Source: Branchiostoma belcheri (Eukaryota). Taken from it: a stretch of DNA of 37,749 nt. The position numbers were made by a program, and so were the translations under genes. This document shows, piece by piece, positions 10,858 to 21,109 of the stretch (its first letter is position 1; the number at the start of each line of letters is the position of its first letter). The notes beneath the pieces are model-generated. The model had not been told where the DNA came from, ran no database searches, and saw only the letters and a list, made by a program, of their open reading frames with translations. The stretch covers positions 8,113,914 through 8,151,662 of the forward strand of contig NW_017803490.1 in assembly GCF_001625305.1 (NCBI RefSeq). The letters are read 5' to 3'.

Positions 10858-11224
10858 CTGTAACCATAGCAACAACATTGCAACATCAGCAGAACATTCA
10901 AACATGTCACCATGGTAACCAGTGATCGCATTCACCAAATCTACATTCAGCAATATTTTATTAACAAGATATTATTCTAGAGACTTCAAATCTCTAGGAA
11001 GTATTCTAACTAAGGCTTTGTGACTGTATTGTAACTGTGGTAAGGATTATATTGCACTGCTTCCTGAATTCCTCCACATAAAAACTACTACCTGGTAAGT
11101 AAAGGAATTTAGTGATCTCAATACAATTTTAGCTCGCTGAAGAGCTAATCTCCCACTGATTGTGACAGAGAAGACAGACGCTATGTACAGTATTTACAGA
11201 ATCATTGTACCGGGGAAATTCCCC

Positions 11225-11395
11225 TAGCTCTTTTTGACAATGAACAGTGGACCACAGCTTAACGTCCCGTCCTAAGGACTGTGACACTTTCCAGTAGAAT
11301 GCATGTCTGGTGAGCGACAACAGCCGGGATTCGAACTCCCAACCTCTCGGTCCAGATGTAGGGTTGCTAACCACCAGACTATGCATGCTACTACT
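11225..11395 (-). mobile_element. tRNA-derived SINE, minus orientation
   Basis: tRNA-like head with A box tggtggttagc and B box ggttcgaatccc, followed by a roughly 100-nt non-tRNA tail; related elements at 19495..19680 and 26115..26300. Confidence 0.55.
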
Positions 11396-11469
11396 AACCT
11401 GGCTCTATCATGAAAGCTTGTCTGTGTTGGTAGTTACACGTTTAGAGTAAAAACTTTTGATCCAACACA

Positions 11470-11610
11470 ATAAAGTTCTCTAACCTAGAGCTTTCGACCA
11501 GGCACTCTGGTCTTCCTCAGTAGACTGACCCAGTGTGACTTCACATGTGGCTTCTTTGAAGTGTGACGTCAACACTGGGTCAAAGGTATCTGGTAGACGA
11601 TGTCGGCCCC
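11470..11610. repeat. Hairpin/MITE-like element, shorter copy of the 23955..24150 element
   Basis: Internal inverted repeat gacccagtgt...acactgggtc; about 85% identical to 23975..24080. Confidence 0.45.
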
Positions 11611-11688
11611 TGTCACGGTAGCATGTAACTATTAACACAGATGAACTTTCCTGATAGTATAAGAAGTGATTTTGGAAAGAGTACTAAC

Positions 11689-11899
11689 CTGGTTGTTGAA
11701 AGGCGACTCGTCCAGTGCCTTCCTGTGTTTCGCCAGCGCTCGCCGCACCATGTCGGCCTTGTCCCAACCGTCCAGACTCCCGACGTTGATGAACGTTGCG
11801 TCGCGGCGGGACAGCGAGCGATGTACATCCTGGTCCTCCGTTACCGTGACAATGAACTTGACGTTCGGAGGCATGATGCGAGGCAGCCATTCCATACTC
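11689..11899 (-). CDS. TEP1: TEP1-like exon, NACHT (SMEWLPRIMPPNVKFIVTVTEDQDVHRSLSRRDATFINVGSLDGWDKADMVRRALAKHRKALDESPFNNQ)
   Basis: Minus ORF 11632..11895; ESPFNNQ is identical to human TEP1. Acceptor gagacag| and donor CAG|GTTAGT. Confidence 0.75.
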
Positions 11900-12294
11900 C
11901 TGTCTCAGCAAAAATAAAGAGAAAAAAAATCAGCATAATGTTCACAATTGCTTAAAGTATGTATTACTAATTTCAATGTATTTGATTTAGATTCTCACAG
12001 TCTAAACACTTGAAATAGCAGCTAAAATTTTTAAAACTAGTCATATTAACAGTGAACGAGGAATTGTAATGTCCCTGGAATAACGCATTCTGCTATCCAC
12101 CTTTTGTTGTAACCATGTCTTGTCCTGTGTAAATGGTGGGCCCCATTGAAGAGCAACCTCTACTACATGTATATGCTACCCAGCAGTTTAATGATGAAAT
12201 AAATACATGTACTCGTAGACCAGCTTGTTGTCTTGATGTCTAACCTTTATCAATGGCATTCATTTTTAAGGAAACCTAAAAAATGGAAACTTAC

Positions 12295-12433
12295 TTGGCC
12301 TGGTGTGCGTCTTCCATCTGGTCCAATCCATCCATGAAGATGACCACAGGAGAGTCTGGAACCTTCCCAGCAGCCTTTAGGATTTCCCCAAACTGGTTCT
12401 GAAGGTTCTTGTAGGAGCCTGGAACCTCACAGG
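12295..12433 (-). CDS. TEP1: TEP1-like exon, NACHT Walker B (CEVPGSYKNLQNQFGEILKAAGKVPDSPVVIFMDGLDQMEDAHQA)
   Basis: Minus ORF 12291..12503. Acceptor ccttccttcag| and donor CAA|GTAAGT. Partial copies of the 5' end with the acceptor lie at 12555..12598 and 12715..12765. Confidence 0.75.
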
Positions 12434-12894
12434 CTGAAGGAAGGTGAAATAAAACATTCAATTTATTATCTTTGTACATACATATATACAGGTTAACCAG
12501 CAATACTGGTAACTGGAACCTCCTCGGCAGCCTTCAGGATGTCCCCAAACTGGTGCTGAAGGTTCTTGTAGGAGCCTGGAACCTCACAGGCTGAAATATG
12601 AAATAAAACACTCGTCTATTATCTCTGTACATATACAGGTTAACCAGCAATGTCTTCCACATGTATTTTTCCTCACTTGACTCACAGGTAAAAATAAAAA
12701 ATTGGTCTTTACGAAACTCTGGTTCTTGTAGGAGCCTGGAACCTCACAGGCTGAAGGGGATGGATTAAAACATTTGTCTTGTATCTCATAAAATAACAGC
12801 AAATGAATTCATATTATATAGTCTGTATTACTTATTTTCTCATTGAAAATAATCAGCACAGCACAGAATTCAGCACCAAGGAGAGTTCATATAT

Positions 12895-13350
12895 ATGGAG
12901 TCTAAATCCCTCCTGCTATAAAATTGCAACATGATGTAACCCAACACTAGTTACCATGGTGACAGACGTCTGGTTCAGGTCATTGACCTTATTTCTTTGC
13001 AGAAGAAGAGGAAGAAGAATCAGAGGAAAAACAATATGTTTTCCTTCTGAGAAAAACAGAGATGGTAAACATAAAAATGTTTTTACCAAGAGAGAAACGC
13101 CTCTTCATCTCCTGACACAGCCTGGTCAGGGTAGCTGAGATGTCTGTGGAGTTTGTATTAGTGTTGGTGTTGGTGTTTTGGGACATTCACTTCTTTTGGG
13201 ACATTCCTCTCTTTTTCCTCAGAGTCTGTTTCTATCTTCTTCTGCAAACAAATAAGGTCAATGACCTGAACCAGACGTCTGTCACCGATGGTAACTAGTG
13301 TTGGGTTACATCATGTTGCAATTTTATAGCAGGAGGGATTTAGACTTCTG
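12895..13350. repeat. Inverted pair of R2 repeats flanking a partial duplicate of the P-loop exon 3' end (pseudo-exon at about 13050..13186)
   Basis: 12905..13000 is the reverse complement of 13255..13350. Minus ORF 12989..13186 reads STDISATLTRLCQEMKRRFSLGKNI, which copies exon 13472..13677 (STDISVTLTRLCQEMKRRFSLGKDI) including its GTAAAG donor. Confidence 0.55.
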
Positions 13351-13471
13351 TCACCATATATGTGAATGTGTTTGAGTAAGAATGGGTAGATTCAGGTGCG
13401 GTACTAGAGGAAGGGAACTCTCCTTGGTGAAGGCAGTTGACAGGTTAAAAAAAACAAAACAATATCTTTAC

Positions 13472-13677
13472 CAAGGGAAAAGCGTCTCTTCATCTCCTGA
13501 CACAGTCTGGTCAGAGTAACTGAGATGTCCGTGGAGTTCGGAGCTGCACCTACGAAGTGTGTCAGAACACAGTCAGGAGCTGAGCAGCTGTCTGAGTCCA
13601 GGTACTGCTGCACCAGTCTGGCACACAGGGACGTCTTACCACTGCCTGACTTTCCCACAACCACCAGGGTACCATTC
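13472..13677 (-). CDS. TEP1: TEP1-like exon, NACHT P-loop (NGTLVVVGKSGSGKTSLCARLVQQYLDSDSCSAPDCVLTHFVGAAPNSTDISVTLTRLCQEMKRRFSL)
   Basis: Walker A GKSGSGKT in minus ORF 13404..13664. Acceptor ccccatcag| and donor TTG|GTAAAG. Confidence 0.8.
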
Positions 13678-14178
13678 CTGATGGGGAGGACAATGTATTA
13701 AGTCAATATTTGACAATTTTAAGATCAGTTATTTGAAAGTTTTTCTAGGTGCGTCATACAAAATAATCTTCATCAACAAAGATTTTTATTATTACTTTTC
13801 TGACACTTAGATGTCAAGAATATGCTGACTATATATGAGATAGTAAAATATACTGTAACATTTAATATCATTACAATCATAACATTATGTAAACCTTAGA
13901 AAATATTTGGATGCACAGATGCACCCACATAAAAAAAAATTGGGTGCACAGCTCCAAATTTCGGTGCACTAATGAAGGTACACATACCAGTATTTGAGCC
14001 CTGTATAAAAGTTTTTATTTGTAAGAATAAAGAGAAGAGAGAGTGGCAGACAGCAATTGTGACTACTTGAGTCAATCTGCATAATAATTATATAATGAAG
14101 ACTTTATTAACAAGAAACTTCAGCTCTTGTTAAGTATTGTCTAAGTGCAAATGCCTGACTACATCTAAGAAAACTTAC

Positions 14179-14319
14179 TTGCAGAGAGAGATCTCGGCGG
14201 CACACTGCTTGAGGAGTTTGTCCCTTCCCACAAACCTCTCTGCCTCCTGCTGCACGAAGGCCTGGTGAAGACCAGTCTCACCCCCGCTGGCATCAGTGGA
14301 CTCTTCCAGAGGGAACTCC
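14179..14319 (-). CDS. TEP1: TEP1-like exon preceding NACHT (EFPLEESTDASGGETGLHQAFVQQEAERFVGRDKLLKQCAAEISLC)
   Basis: Acceptor tgttgttctag| at 14321-14320 and donor CAA|GTAAGT at 14178-14177; phases fit both neighbouring exons. Confidence 0.7.
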
Positions 14320-14332
14320 CTAGAACAACAGT

Positions 14333-14556
14333 ACAGGGAACTGCAGTTAGACACCTGGGAACTGCAGTTAGATACCCAAGAACTGCAGTTAGATACCCGG
14401 GAACTGCAGTCAGATACCCAGGAACTGCAGTTAGATACCCGGGAACTGCAGTTAGATACCCAGGAACTGCAGTTAGATACCCAGGAACTGCAGTTAGATA
14501 CCCGGGAACTGCAGTTAGATACCCAGGAACTGCAGTTAGATACCCAGTTATCATGA
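14333..14556. repeat. Minisatellite, 21-bp unit (g)gaactgcagttagatacccrg, about 10.5 copies
   Basis: Direct tandem repeats abutting the acceptor of exon 14179..14319. The unit is 7 codons and open in both listed ORFs (14165..14554 minus; 14265..14573 and 14296..14556 plus). Confidence 0.85.
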
Positions 14557-14775
14557 TTCTTTTTATTTACTAGTGTCAGTGGTAAATATTTATTTATATT
14601 ATAGGATTTACCACATTTGTGGAGGGATTTACCACATTTGTGGAATGATTGACATTATAGGTGACTATGACCTCTTTGAGATGTCAACCCTGTCAACCCC
14701 TATCACACTAATATGTGCAAACTTTCCAAGTGTTCAGCTGCTAATTATGCATAACAAAGGACCTTTACAACTTAC

Positions 14776-15100
14776 CTGACCACGGCATTCCACAGATTGT
14801 TCAGCACCCTCATTCCGAACTCTTCCAGCCCGGACACCATCGCCTTCCCATCATCCATCACTCCGGCAAAGGCACATGGGTACCCATCATGCACTTCCAG
14901 CCCGCTTCTGCGAATCCTGCTCTTCAGTTTCTCCATCTTTTCCTTTGAAGAGGAAGACTCGGAGAGAAAACTGTCTCTCAGCTTCCCCGACACATCGCTC
15001 TCGAAGGAAGGGTCGCGGAAGTAGAAGAAAGCTCTGCCCTGTGCAGCTGATGGGTCGGCGAGTGCCGCGTGGTGGATTTCTAGTTCTGTCATCGACCGGC
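14776..15100 (-). CDS. TEP1: TEP1-like exon, DUF4062 C-terminal part (GRSMTELEIHHAALADPSAAQGRAFFYFRDPSFESDVSGKLRDSFLSE...GYPCAFAGVMDDGKAMVSGLEEFGMRVLNNLWNAVV)
   Basis: Minus ORF 14772..15110. Acceptor attgatttcag| and donor CAG|GTAAGT. Parallels human TEP1 ...[58 protein letters not shown]. Confidence 0.75.
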
Positions 15101-15504
15101 CTGAAATCAATAGAAGTCAAGCTGTTAAAATACCTTGCTACTTCATTTCTATTCTACAAATATATTCTGTATCTGCTTCAGTGAAGAAAACCAAAAGTTG
15201 TCACTAATGATATCTTGGGTGTCGCTTCAGAACGGGTTAGTTGAACGATCTTCAAGATTGGCGCTCACACGTTCTGACAGGCACTCCGCATGAACTTGGA
15301 AAGTTGCCCAAATTCTGTCCTTCATAGAAATCAAAAGATTGTAAAATATGATTGGTAAATATTTTCTGGCCAAATCTTGTCAACCGTGTGGAGAGACAGC
15401 CTTTCTCGGTGCCCCATATACAATGTATGGCACCCTGGGAGTGCCATCATAGCATGTTTCTTGTGCACTTTTGATGCTGTGTGGCACGCTTACATAGTTC
15501 ACAA

Positions 15505-15640
15505 CTCACCTGCTGGATATGACTTCAGCCAATCAAACTCTGGCGCATCTGGAGTGACGTAGCTGTCTGGTACCCAGCCGCACTGCTCTCCCAGCATACC
15601 GAGGAAGTACTGGCAGCGCGAAACTTCGCTCACACTCTGA
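15505..15640 (-). other. Diverged partial duplicate of the DUF4062 exon 3' half with intact GTGAGT donor (pseudo-exon or alternative exon)
   Basis: Reads CQSVSEVSRCQYFLGMLGEQCGWVPDSYVTPDAPEFDWLKSYPA, compared with exon 15752..15957 LSEVSRCQFFLGILGERYGWVPDSYVVPDSPEFDWLKSYPA. Same donor context cag|gtgagtt; an upstream in-frame TGA truncates it, and a possible acceptor gtgtgtcag| is present. Confidence 0.45.
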
Positions 15641-15751
15641 CACACTCACTCAATTATCTCAATATTTAGCGTCTGTTGTCCCCATCTTCTTGCACAGCAA
15701 TACAGCCACTTGCCTCTACTGGCTATACGTATGCATGTAATATTAACTCAC

Positions 15752-15957
15752 CTGCTGGGTATGACTTCAACCAGTCAAACTCCGGCGAATCTGGCACGAC
15801 GTAGCTATCCGGTACCCAGCCGTACCGCTCTCCCAGAATCCCGAGGAAGAACTGGCAGCGGGAAACCTCGCTCAGACAGATCTCGAGGGACTTCTCACTA
15901 CGAGACTCTTCCTCTGTGATGCCCCACCGCAGGTCAACCTCATGGATGTGCACAAAC
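15752..15957 (-). CDS. TEP1: TEP1-like exon, DUF4062 core (FVHIHEVDLRWGITEEESRSEKSLEICLSEVSRCQFFLGILGERYGWVPDSYVVPDSPEFDWLKSYPA)
   Basis: Minus ORF 15723..15953; matches human [42 protein letters not shown]. Acceptor ttactgcag| and donor CAG|GTGAGT. Confidence 0.75.
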
Positions 15958-16370
15958 CTGCAGTAATTTGAAAAAAAAAAATAATTAATTTGAATAATTA
16001 TTGTATTTCACATGAAAAAGAAATAAAAGTCATTGCGGCTAACCGTGATGACAAGATTGAAGAAGGTGATTTGAGGAAAGTTGTTTCTAAAGACAAAAAA
16101 AATTTATGGAGGGCACTTTTGTGACCATGTATTATATAAAATGCAATGTACTTAGGATCTCTCACAGTTACCATGATAATATAACCGTGTGTATAAGTCT
16201 AACTGTTACAGTATGGGCTTTTTCAGCAGGTTGGTTGTTGTCTAAGTATGTTGTACCTATTGACAAGTTTTTATGACTGACTCAAGATACTTATGATATG
16301 TATGGGGGGAATTAAGTAGCATTGTTTTTAATAGTGATGGTGAATATGAAGAGAAAAACATCCTCCCTAC

Positions 16371-16515
16371 CTTTCAGCAGCCCTTGCCCGCAGCTCAGGG
16401 AAGACAAACCTGGTGAGCAGGTCCCTCTCACCGTGCATGTCTCTGAATGTGGAGGAGATGAACACACGGGCTGTTCTCCACACGGGTACAGTCAGCGGTC
16501 GGGACACAGACAAGT
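16371..16515 (-). CDS. TEP1: TEP1-like exon, DUF4062 start ([47 protein letters not shown])
   Basis: [15 protein letters not shown] is identical to the human TEP1 motif. Acceptor tcttttcccccag| and donor AAG|GTAGGG. Confidence 0.75.
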
Positions 16516-17332
16516 CTGGGGGAAAAGATATAAAAATATTAATTTAAGAATTAAAAGAACTCTTACTGCTAAAGTTTATCTTCACAAAAAGAAAACATGT
16601 TGTTTTTGCTCAGTCTCGAGCAGTTTCTTCTTCTTCCATTCCAAAGTCAATGATGACCCGGACCGTGGACCAGACATCTGTCACCATGGCAACTGGTGCT
16701 GTAGGAGACACCCTGTGGTGTTGGGTTACATTATGTAGCAGAAAAGAGAAGCGTGTTTTATTCAGGACTTTGCTTTATCCAGAACAGTTACTGTACTTTA
16801 TCCATAACCATATGTGGTAAAAATAATTATAGTAAATAAACGTTCTTGGATACACAGAGAGTATCCAGAACTGTGCCTGATCCTAAGACCCTAACCCATT
16901 CAGGGTCAGCTACAAGCTCAACCTTTTGTTGTGAACAACAGTTTAAACCCTTAGTGTTTTCATTTATCTACAATGATACACAGAGCCTACACACCTGCAG
17001 TAGTCTGCAGTTCCTCCACAGCTGCAGCAGATGTTGAGACAGCTGCGGTAGGGACAGGCTTCAGGCTGTAAGCCTGGTCAATGTTCTCTACATGAGTCAA
17101 TGCTCTATCCAGAACCATGCTCTATCCAGAACAGTGCTTTATTCTATGTTCTTGGATATACAGAGAGCATTCAGAATTATGCATGATGATCCTTACTCCA
17201 ACCCATTCAGGCATAGAACTAGATAGGCTGCAAGCTGCAACTTTCTGTTGTAAACAATAGTTTATACCCTTAGTGTTTTCATCTATTTACAATGATACAC
17301 AAGTAAGTACAATGATGACAGAATCTACAAAC

Positions 17333-17469
17333 CTGCAGTAGTCTGCAGTTCCTCCACAGCTGCAGCAGATTTTGAGACAGCTGCGGTAGGGACAGGCTTC
17401 AGGCTGTAAGCCTGGTCAATGTTCTCTACGTGAGTCAGCTGGGCTCCACTCCCTCTCTCTGCTATAAAC
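17333..17469 (-). CDS. TEP1: TEP1-like exon, end of TROVE/vWA-like region (FIAERGSGAQLTHVENIDQAYSLKPVPTAAVSKSAAAVEELQTTA)
   Basis: Minus ORF 17325..17624; matches human ILKFIAEHGASHLLEHVGQMDKIF. Acceptor cttttcccacacag| and donor GCAG|GTTTGT. Partial copies at 16985..17100 and 17625..17690. Confidence 0.65.
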
Positions 17470-18088
17470 CTGTGTGGGAAAAGATCACTATTTGTAAGTC
17501 TGCAGGAACAGAAGTATTGTTTTGTATTTTGTCTCATCAGCTGTAGGTTTGTTTGTATCTTTGTCCAGACAGAGTAGGATAACAGCACAGAGTGGAAGGC
17601 TGACATAAAAAGAAGCCTGGTCAATGTTCTCTACATGAGTCAGCTGGGCTCCACTCCCTCTCTCTGCTATAAACCTGGGTGGGAAAAGAATACAATGTCA
17701 TGTTGTACATGATTGTTACTAAGTAAACTAAGTTTGTGAATTTTTACTTCACTGTACATCTGTGAAAAATTCCAGCCAAACTGAAAATGCTGCTAAACCA
17801 CAGGAATACAAAGCTGGAATTGTGAATTAACGGTAGTACCAAGGAGGTTTTTTATCGATCCGGTACATGCTGCACTGCACTGAGTTCTAGAGTTCCATGG
17901 AGCTTCGGCAGCCTGGGTGCCATCCTCTGTAGTTACCACCGACTCCCTATTGTCAGTAGCTACCATGGACTACGGAGGACGGCACCCAAACAAGAGGCTT
18001 GGAGGACAGTTTTTTTTTTTCGAACAGGTGAAAATCAATGCGCATGCGGATGTCATCCATAAAATTAAATCAGTGCATGTGGCCTTAC

Positions 18089-18300
18089 CTGAGTATCTGG
18101 TCGCTGTAGCCAGCGATGTGTATATCATTAGGATGTGTCTCCTGGTCCACAATCCCACAGGCCCTCCCACTGAGGTCCACTGTCACAAACAGCAGGTTGG
18201 GGTTGACGTAACGTCGGTACTTCTCCAGAAACTTGGTCAGCTTCACGTTCAGGCTGGGGTTGTTGTCTCTGCCATTCCACAACACCAATAAGTTGTCCAG
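18089..18300 (-). CDS. TEP1: TEP1-like exon, TROVE vWA-like part (LDNLLVLWNGRDNNPSLNVKLTKFLEKYRRYVNPNLLFVTVDLSGRACGIVDQETHPNDIHIAGYSDQIL)
   Basis: Minus ORF 18085..18288; parallels the Ro60 segment ADVFIVFTDNETFAGG...MCGFDTGAL. Acceptor catttttcag| and donor CAG|GTAAGG. Confidence 0.7.
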
Positions 18301-18755
18301 CTGAAAAATGTTTCAATTTATTTTCAATTCTCATCTCAATAATATATCTAAATCCTTTTTCTGAAAAGTAATCTAAAAAAACATATTCCCCTTAGTATTG
18401 AAGTTGATGACATTGTGACTACTGTTTTCTTTTCTCTCGGTCAATCGAAATTCTTGGTTTTCTGTTTCTTGTAACATTTGCAGGTCCATTCTCTGATGTT
18501 ATCCTCCCTTTTCCGTTGCCTACCTCTCTTCTGTCCTCCCTGTACTGTTCCTTGCATGATACTTAATAATTTTGGCTAGTCCTGATTAACTCCTGATTAA
18601 CCTGGCCTGGGCACTTAGGCAGGTAGGCAGGATTAACTTTTGTTTCTTTACCGTGGTTGGGAGGCCTCTGAATGGACCCTGTATTCAATGTGTGACTCAT
18701 ACTGTACTTCATCCTTTGAGATGTGGTTTAGAAAATGAAAAACCTTCAGCCTTAC

Positions 18756-18830
18756 CTGTACCCTGTTCTTCAGCATGTCAGTCAGGTACTCTATAGGTAC
18801 GTCAGGAGAAGATGCCTGGGACATCAGCAA
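18756..18830 (-). CDS. TEP1: TEP1-like small exon (LLMSQASSPDVPIEYLTDMLKNRVQ)
   Basis: Minus ORF 18648..18830. Acceptor tgtattacag| and donor CAG|GTAAGG; 75 nt, phase 0. Confidence 0.6.
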
Positions 18831-19310
18831 CTGTAATACATGCAGGACATTACTAAGTTAATCTCAATCATTCACAGTTTGAATGTTGGAAACACATGGT
18901 AAACTCATGGTCAAGTAATATGACAAGATATTAGATGGTGCTCATACAGGAACCTTACACAGGAGATAACACTTCTAGTAAACTGACTTCCTTAGTCTGT
19001 CACCATGGAAACTGGTGCTGTAGCAGACACCCTGTGGTGTTGGGTTGTGTTGTGAGTTGCAAGACAGAGTGGGATTATCACCTAATATATGAATTTGTCT
19101 GAGTAAGAATAAACAGAGTTCAGTCACTGACGAAAGCTAGTGGATACTAGCTGAAACGTCTGACCGTTTCCAAAATCATATCCAGTTCCTTGAGTAACTG
19201 CTTTTGGTGTATCGTATTACCTGGATGTCTAACCTTCATCGACGTAAACAGAGCAGTAGTTTGCTAAGCTAAACCATGTGAAGGTAAACATTGCCTTTTG
19301 ATAAACCGAC

Positions 19311-19463
19311 CTGTGTGAGCCCTTTCAGGCGTTCCACATTCTCCAGGATGGACCCCGTCTCCAGACTGACTTCCTGATGTTGTCCTGGTGACACCAGGTG
19401 CAGTTTGGACTCCTCACATGCATGTTTACACATCAAACCCAAAAGTAGGCCAACTTCAGTCAG
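19311..19463 (-). CDS. TEP1: TEP1-like exon (LTEVGLLLGLMCKHACEESKLHLVSPGQHQEVSLETGSILENVERLKGLTQ)
   Basis: Acceptor catctgttccag| and donor CAG|GTCGGT; 153 nt, phase 0 on both sides. Confidence 0.6.
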
Positions 19464-19494
19464 CTGGAACAGATGAATATTAGATATTACATTC

Positions 19495-19680
19495 TAGAAG
19501 GAAGTTGTGGCAAAATGGTAGGGCATTCGGCCCGGAGCCCATGGGTCCTGGGTTTGATTCCACCTACATGCCCCAACTTTGTGCACTTGGGAAAGGCACT
19601 TCACACAACTTTCACCCAACATGCCAGTAATTGACGATTTCTTGGCGGATGGCAATTATCGGAAGAAGATGACTACTTTG
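19495..19680 (+). mobile_element. tRNA-derived SINE, plus orientation
   Basis: tRNA-like head ggcaaaatggtagggc...gggtttgattcc plus a tail sharing the ggaaaggcact(t)cacacaactttc core with 26115..26300. Confidence 0.55.
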
Positions 19681-19744
19681 TGATAACCCTTGGTTAATAC
19701 ATTAAATCAAACTCAATAAGTATTAAGCAAGTATTGAGATGGTT

Positions 19745-20075
19745 AAAAATTGTACAGCTCTAGGTTTGAATAAGTTATAGTACCCTGGCAAATTTTGGTA
19801 TTTTGTAGGTATGTATTACATAAGATGGCTAGAATTCACACCAGTCCTACAGTAACTGTTCTAGGTTTGCCTAAGTTTATAGTAACTGTTGTACCCTGGC
19901 AGATATTGGTATTTGGTAGGTATGTATTGTATGAGATGACTTGAGTTCACACGCACAGTTCTAGGTCTGCCTAAGTTTATAGTAAGTTGTACCCTGGCAA
20001 ATTTAGGTACACATGTACTAGTATATGCTAAGGTATGTATTGAGATGGCTAGAATTCACACGCACAGTTCTAGGT
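19745..20075. repeat. Tandem repeat, about 100-bp unit x3-4, intronic, each unit containing a copy of the donor junction of exon 20066..20246
   Basis: Repeated ttcacacgcacagttctaggt(t/c)tgcc(t)aagtttatagtaa...ccctggcaaat(t)ttggta units; the last unit overlaps the true exon end (cctagaact|gtgcgtg). Confidence 0.65.
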
Positions 20076-20246
20076 TTGCCGAGCCCCCGCGCTGCGGTAC
20101 AGGGCGTCTCCATCTGGTCGTTCATCGCCATGGTGATGGCCGTTGTCCCCCTGATCGGCGCGACGTTGTAGCAAGTTGCGATCTTCACGGCTGTGTCGAG
20201 CGCCGTCCGGTAACGGTTCAGGAGAGCAAGGTCGTACTTCAGACCC
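20066..20246 (-). CDS. TEP1: TEP1-like exon, TROVE (GLKYDLALLNRYRTALDTAVKIATCYNVAPIRGTTAITMAMNDQMETPCTAARGLGKPRT)
   Basis: Minus ORF 20018..20281; matches human KYDGEMLNRYRQALETAV and Ro60 [22 protein letters not shown]. Acceptor cccactcccag| and donor ACT|GTGCGT. Confidence 0.65.
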
Positions 20247-20399
20247 CTGGGAGTGGGGCAAGTGGACAAGTTTAGTATCAAAGCTTCCTATCTGTGTACC
20301 TTCCTCATTCAAAACAATCATCAAAGACAGACTAGAAAAAGGAAACGGACACAAACACGATTAAAAAGAATTGGTAGTACAAGTAAGTTGAAGAATGAC

Positions 20400-20760
20400 A
20401 TATAATAATTGCGTACTCGAACCTCTAACACACACATATACACACGCACGCACGCACGCACACACACTTGTGTGCACACACACACACACATACGCACACA
20501 CACACACATGCATACATAAACACACACACACACGCAAACGCATGCACACGCACACATACAAATGCGCACACAAAGACACGCAAGCACACACACATGCACA
20601 CACACACACACACAGACAGAAACACACAAACATACACACAAATACGCACACAAACACATGCACGCATACATATAGACACAAAGACACACACTCACCTACA
20701 TGTGTACATACACATAAATACGCACGCACGCACGCACGCATATACACACACACATACACT
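20400..20760. repeat. Imperfect (CA)n/(CACG)n microsatellite, about 360 bp
   Basis: Direct reading shows cacacacgcacgcacacacacatgcaca throughout; it produces spurious long ORFs on both strands. Confidence 0.9.
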
Positions 20761-20763
20761 TAC

Positions 20764-20941
20764 ATGTGTGCATTGGTGTTCTTAGCCGAAGGGTCAGAAG
20801 ACAGTGCAGCCTTGAAGTTCATCCCCCTCCCTCCTCCTCTTCCTCCTCCTCTTCCACCCCTGCCCCTGCCACGCCCACTGCCACGCCCACCACCACGCCC
20901 TCTTCCTCGACCATGCCCACTCTGAGGCAGAACTCCAGATT
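20764..20941 (-). CDS. TEP1: TEP1-like exon encoding an RG/RGG-rich segment (SGVLPQSGHGRGRGRGGGRGSGRGRGRGGRGGGRGGGRGMNFKAALSSDPSAKNTNAH)
   Basis: Acceptor ttcttacag| at 20943-20942 and donor CACAT|GTAAGT at 20763-20762. Length 178 nt restores the reading frame between exons 22314..22514 and 20066..20246; the only open frame across the CT-rich tract is this one. Confidence 0.5.
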
Positions 20942-21109
20942 CTGTAAGAAGAATATAAATTAGCCAAATTTTGGCGTCCCTAAACCATAAAATGTAACAA
21001 CATCAATTCCAATGTCTGAATCCTGTTTTCGAATTTTTAATGCACGCAATTAGGACAAAACGCGTTCAAATCCTTCTATGGAAGCCAGGCCAAACAGCAA
21101 AGTACAGTA

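Noticed and set aside
14165-14573. ORFs reading through the 21-bp minisatellite as PGYLTAV or TAVRYPG repeats
   Set aside because: The repeat lies upstream of a strong acceptor at 14320-14321 and is most simply intronic. The in-frame openness follows from the unit being 21 nt.
20395-20925. Long plus- and minus-strand ORFs (176 aa HTHTHT..., 132 aa CVCVCV...) across the (CA)n tract
   Set aside because: They are translations of a dinucleotide/tetranucleotide microsatellite with no splice context. The only supported coding segment nearby is the minus-strand RGG exon 20764..20941 in a different frame.
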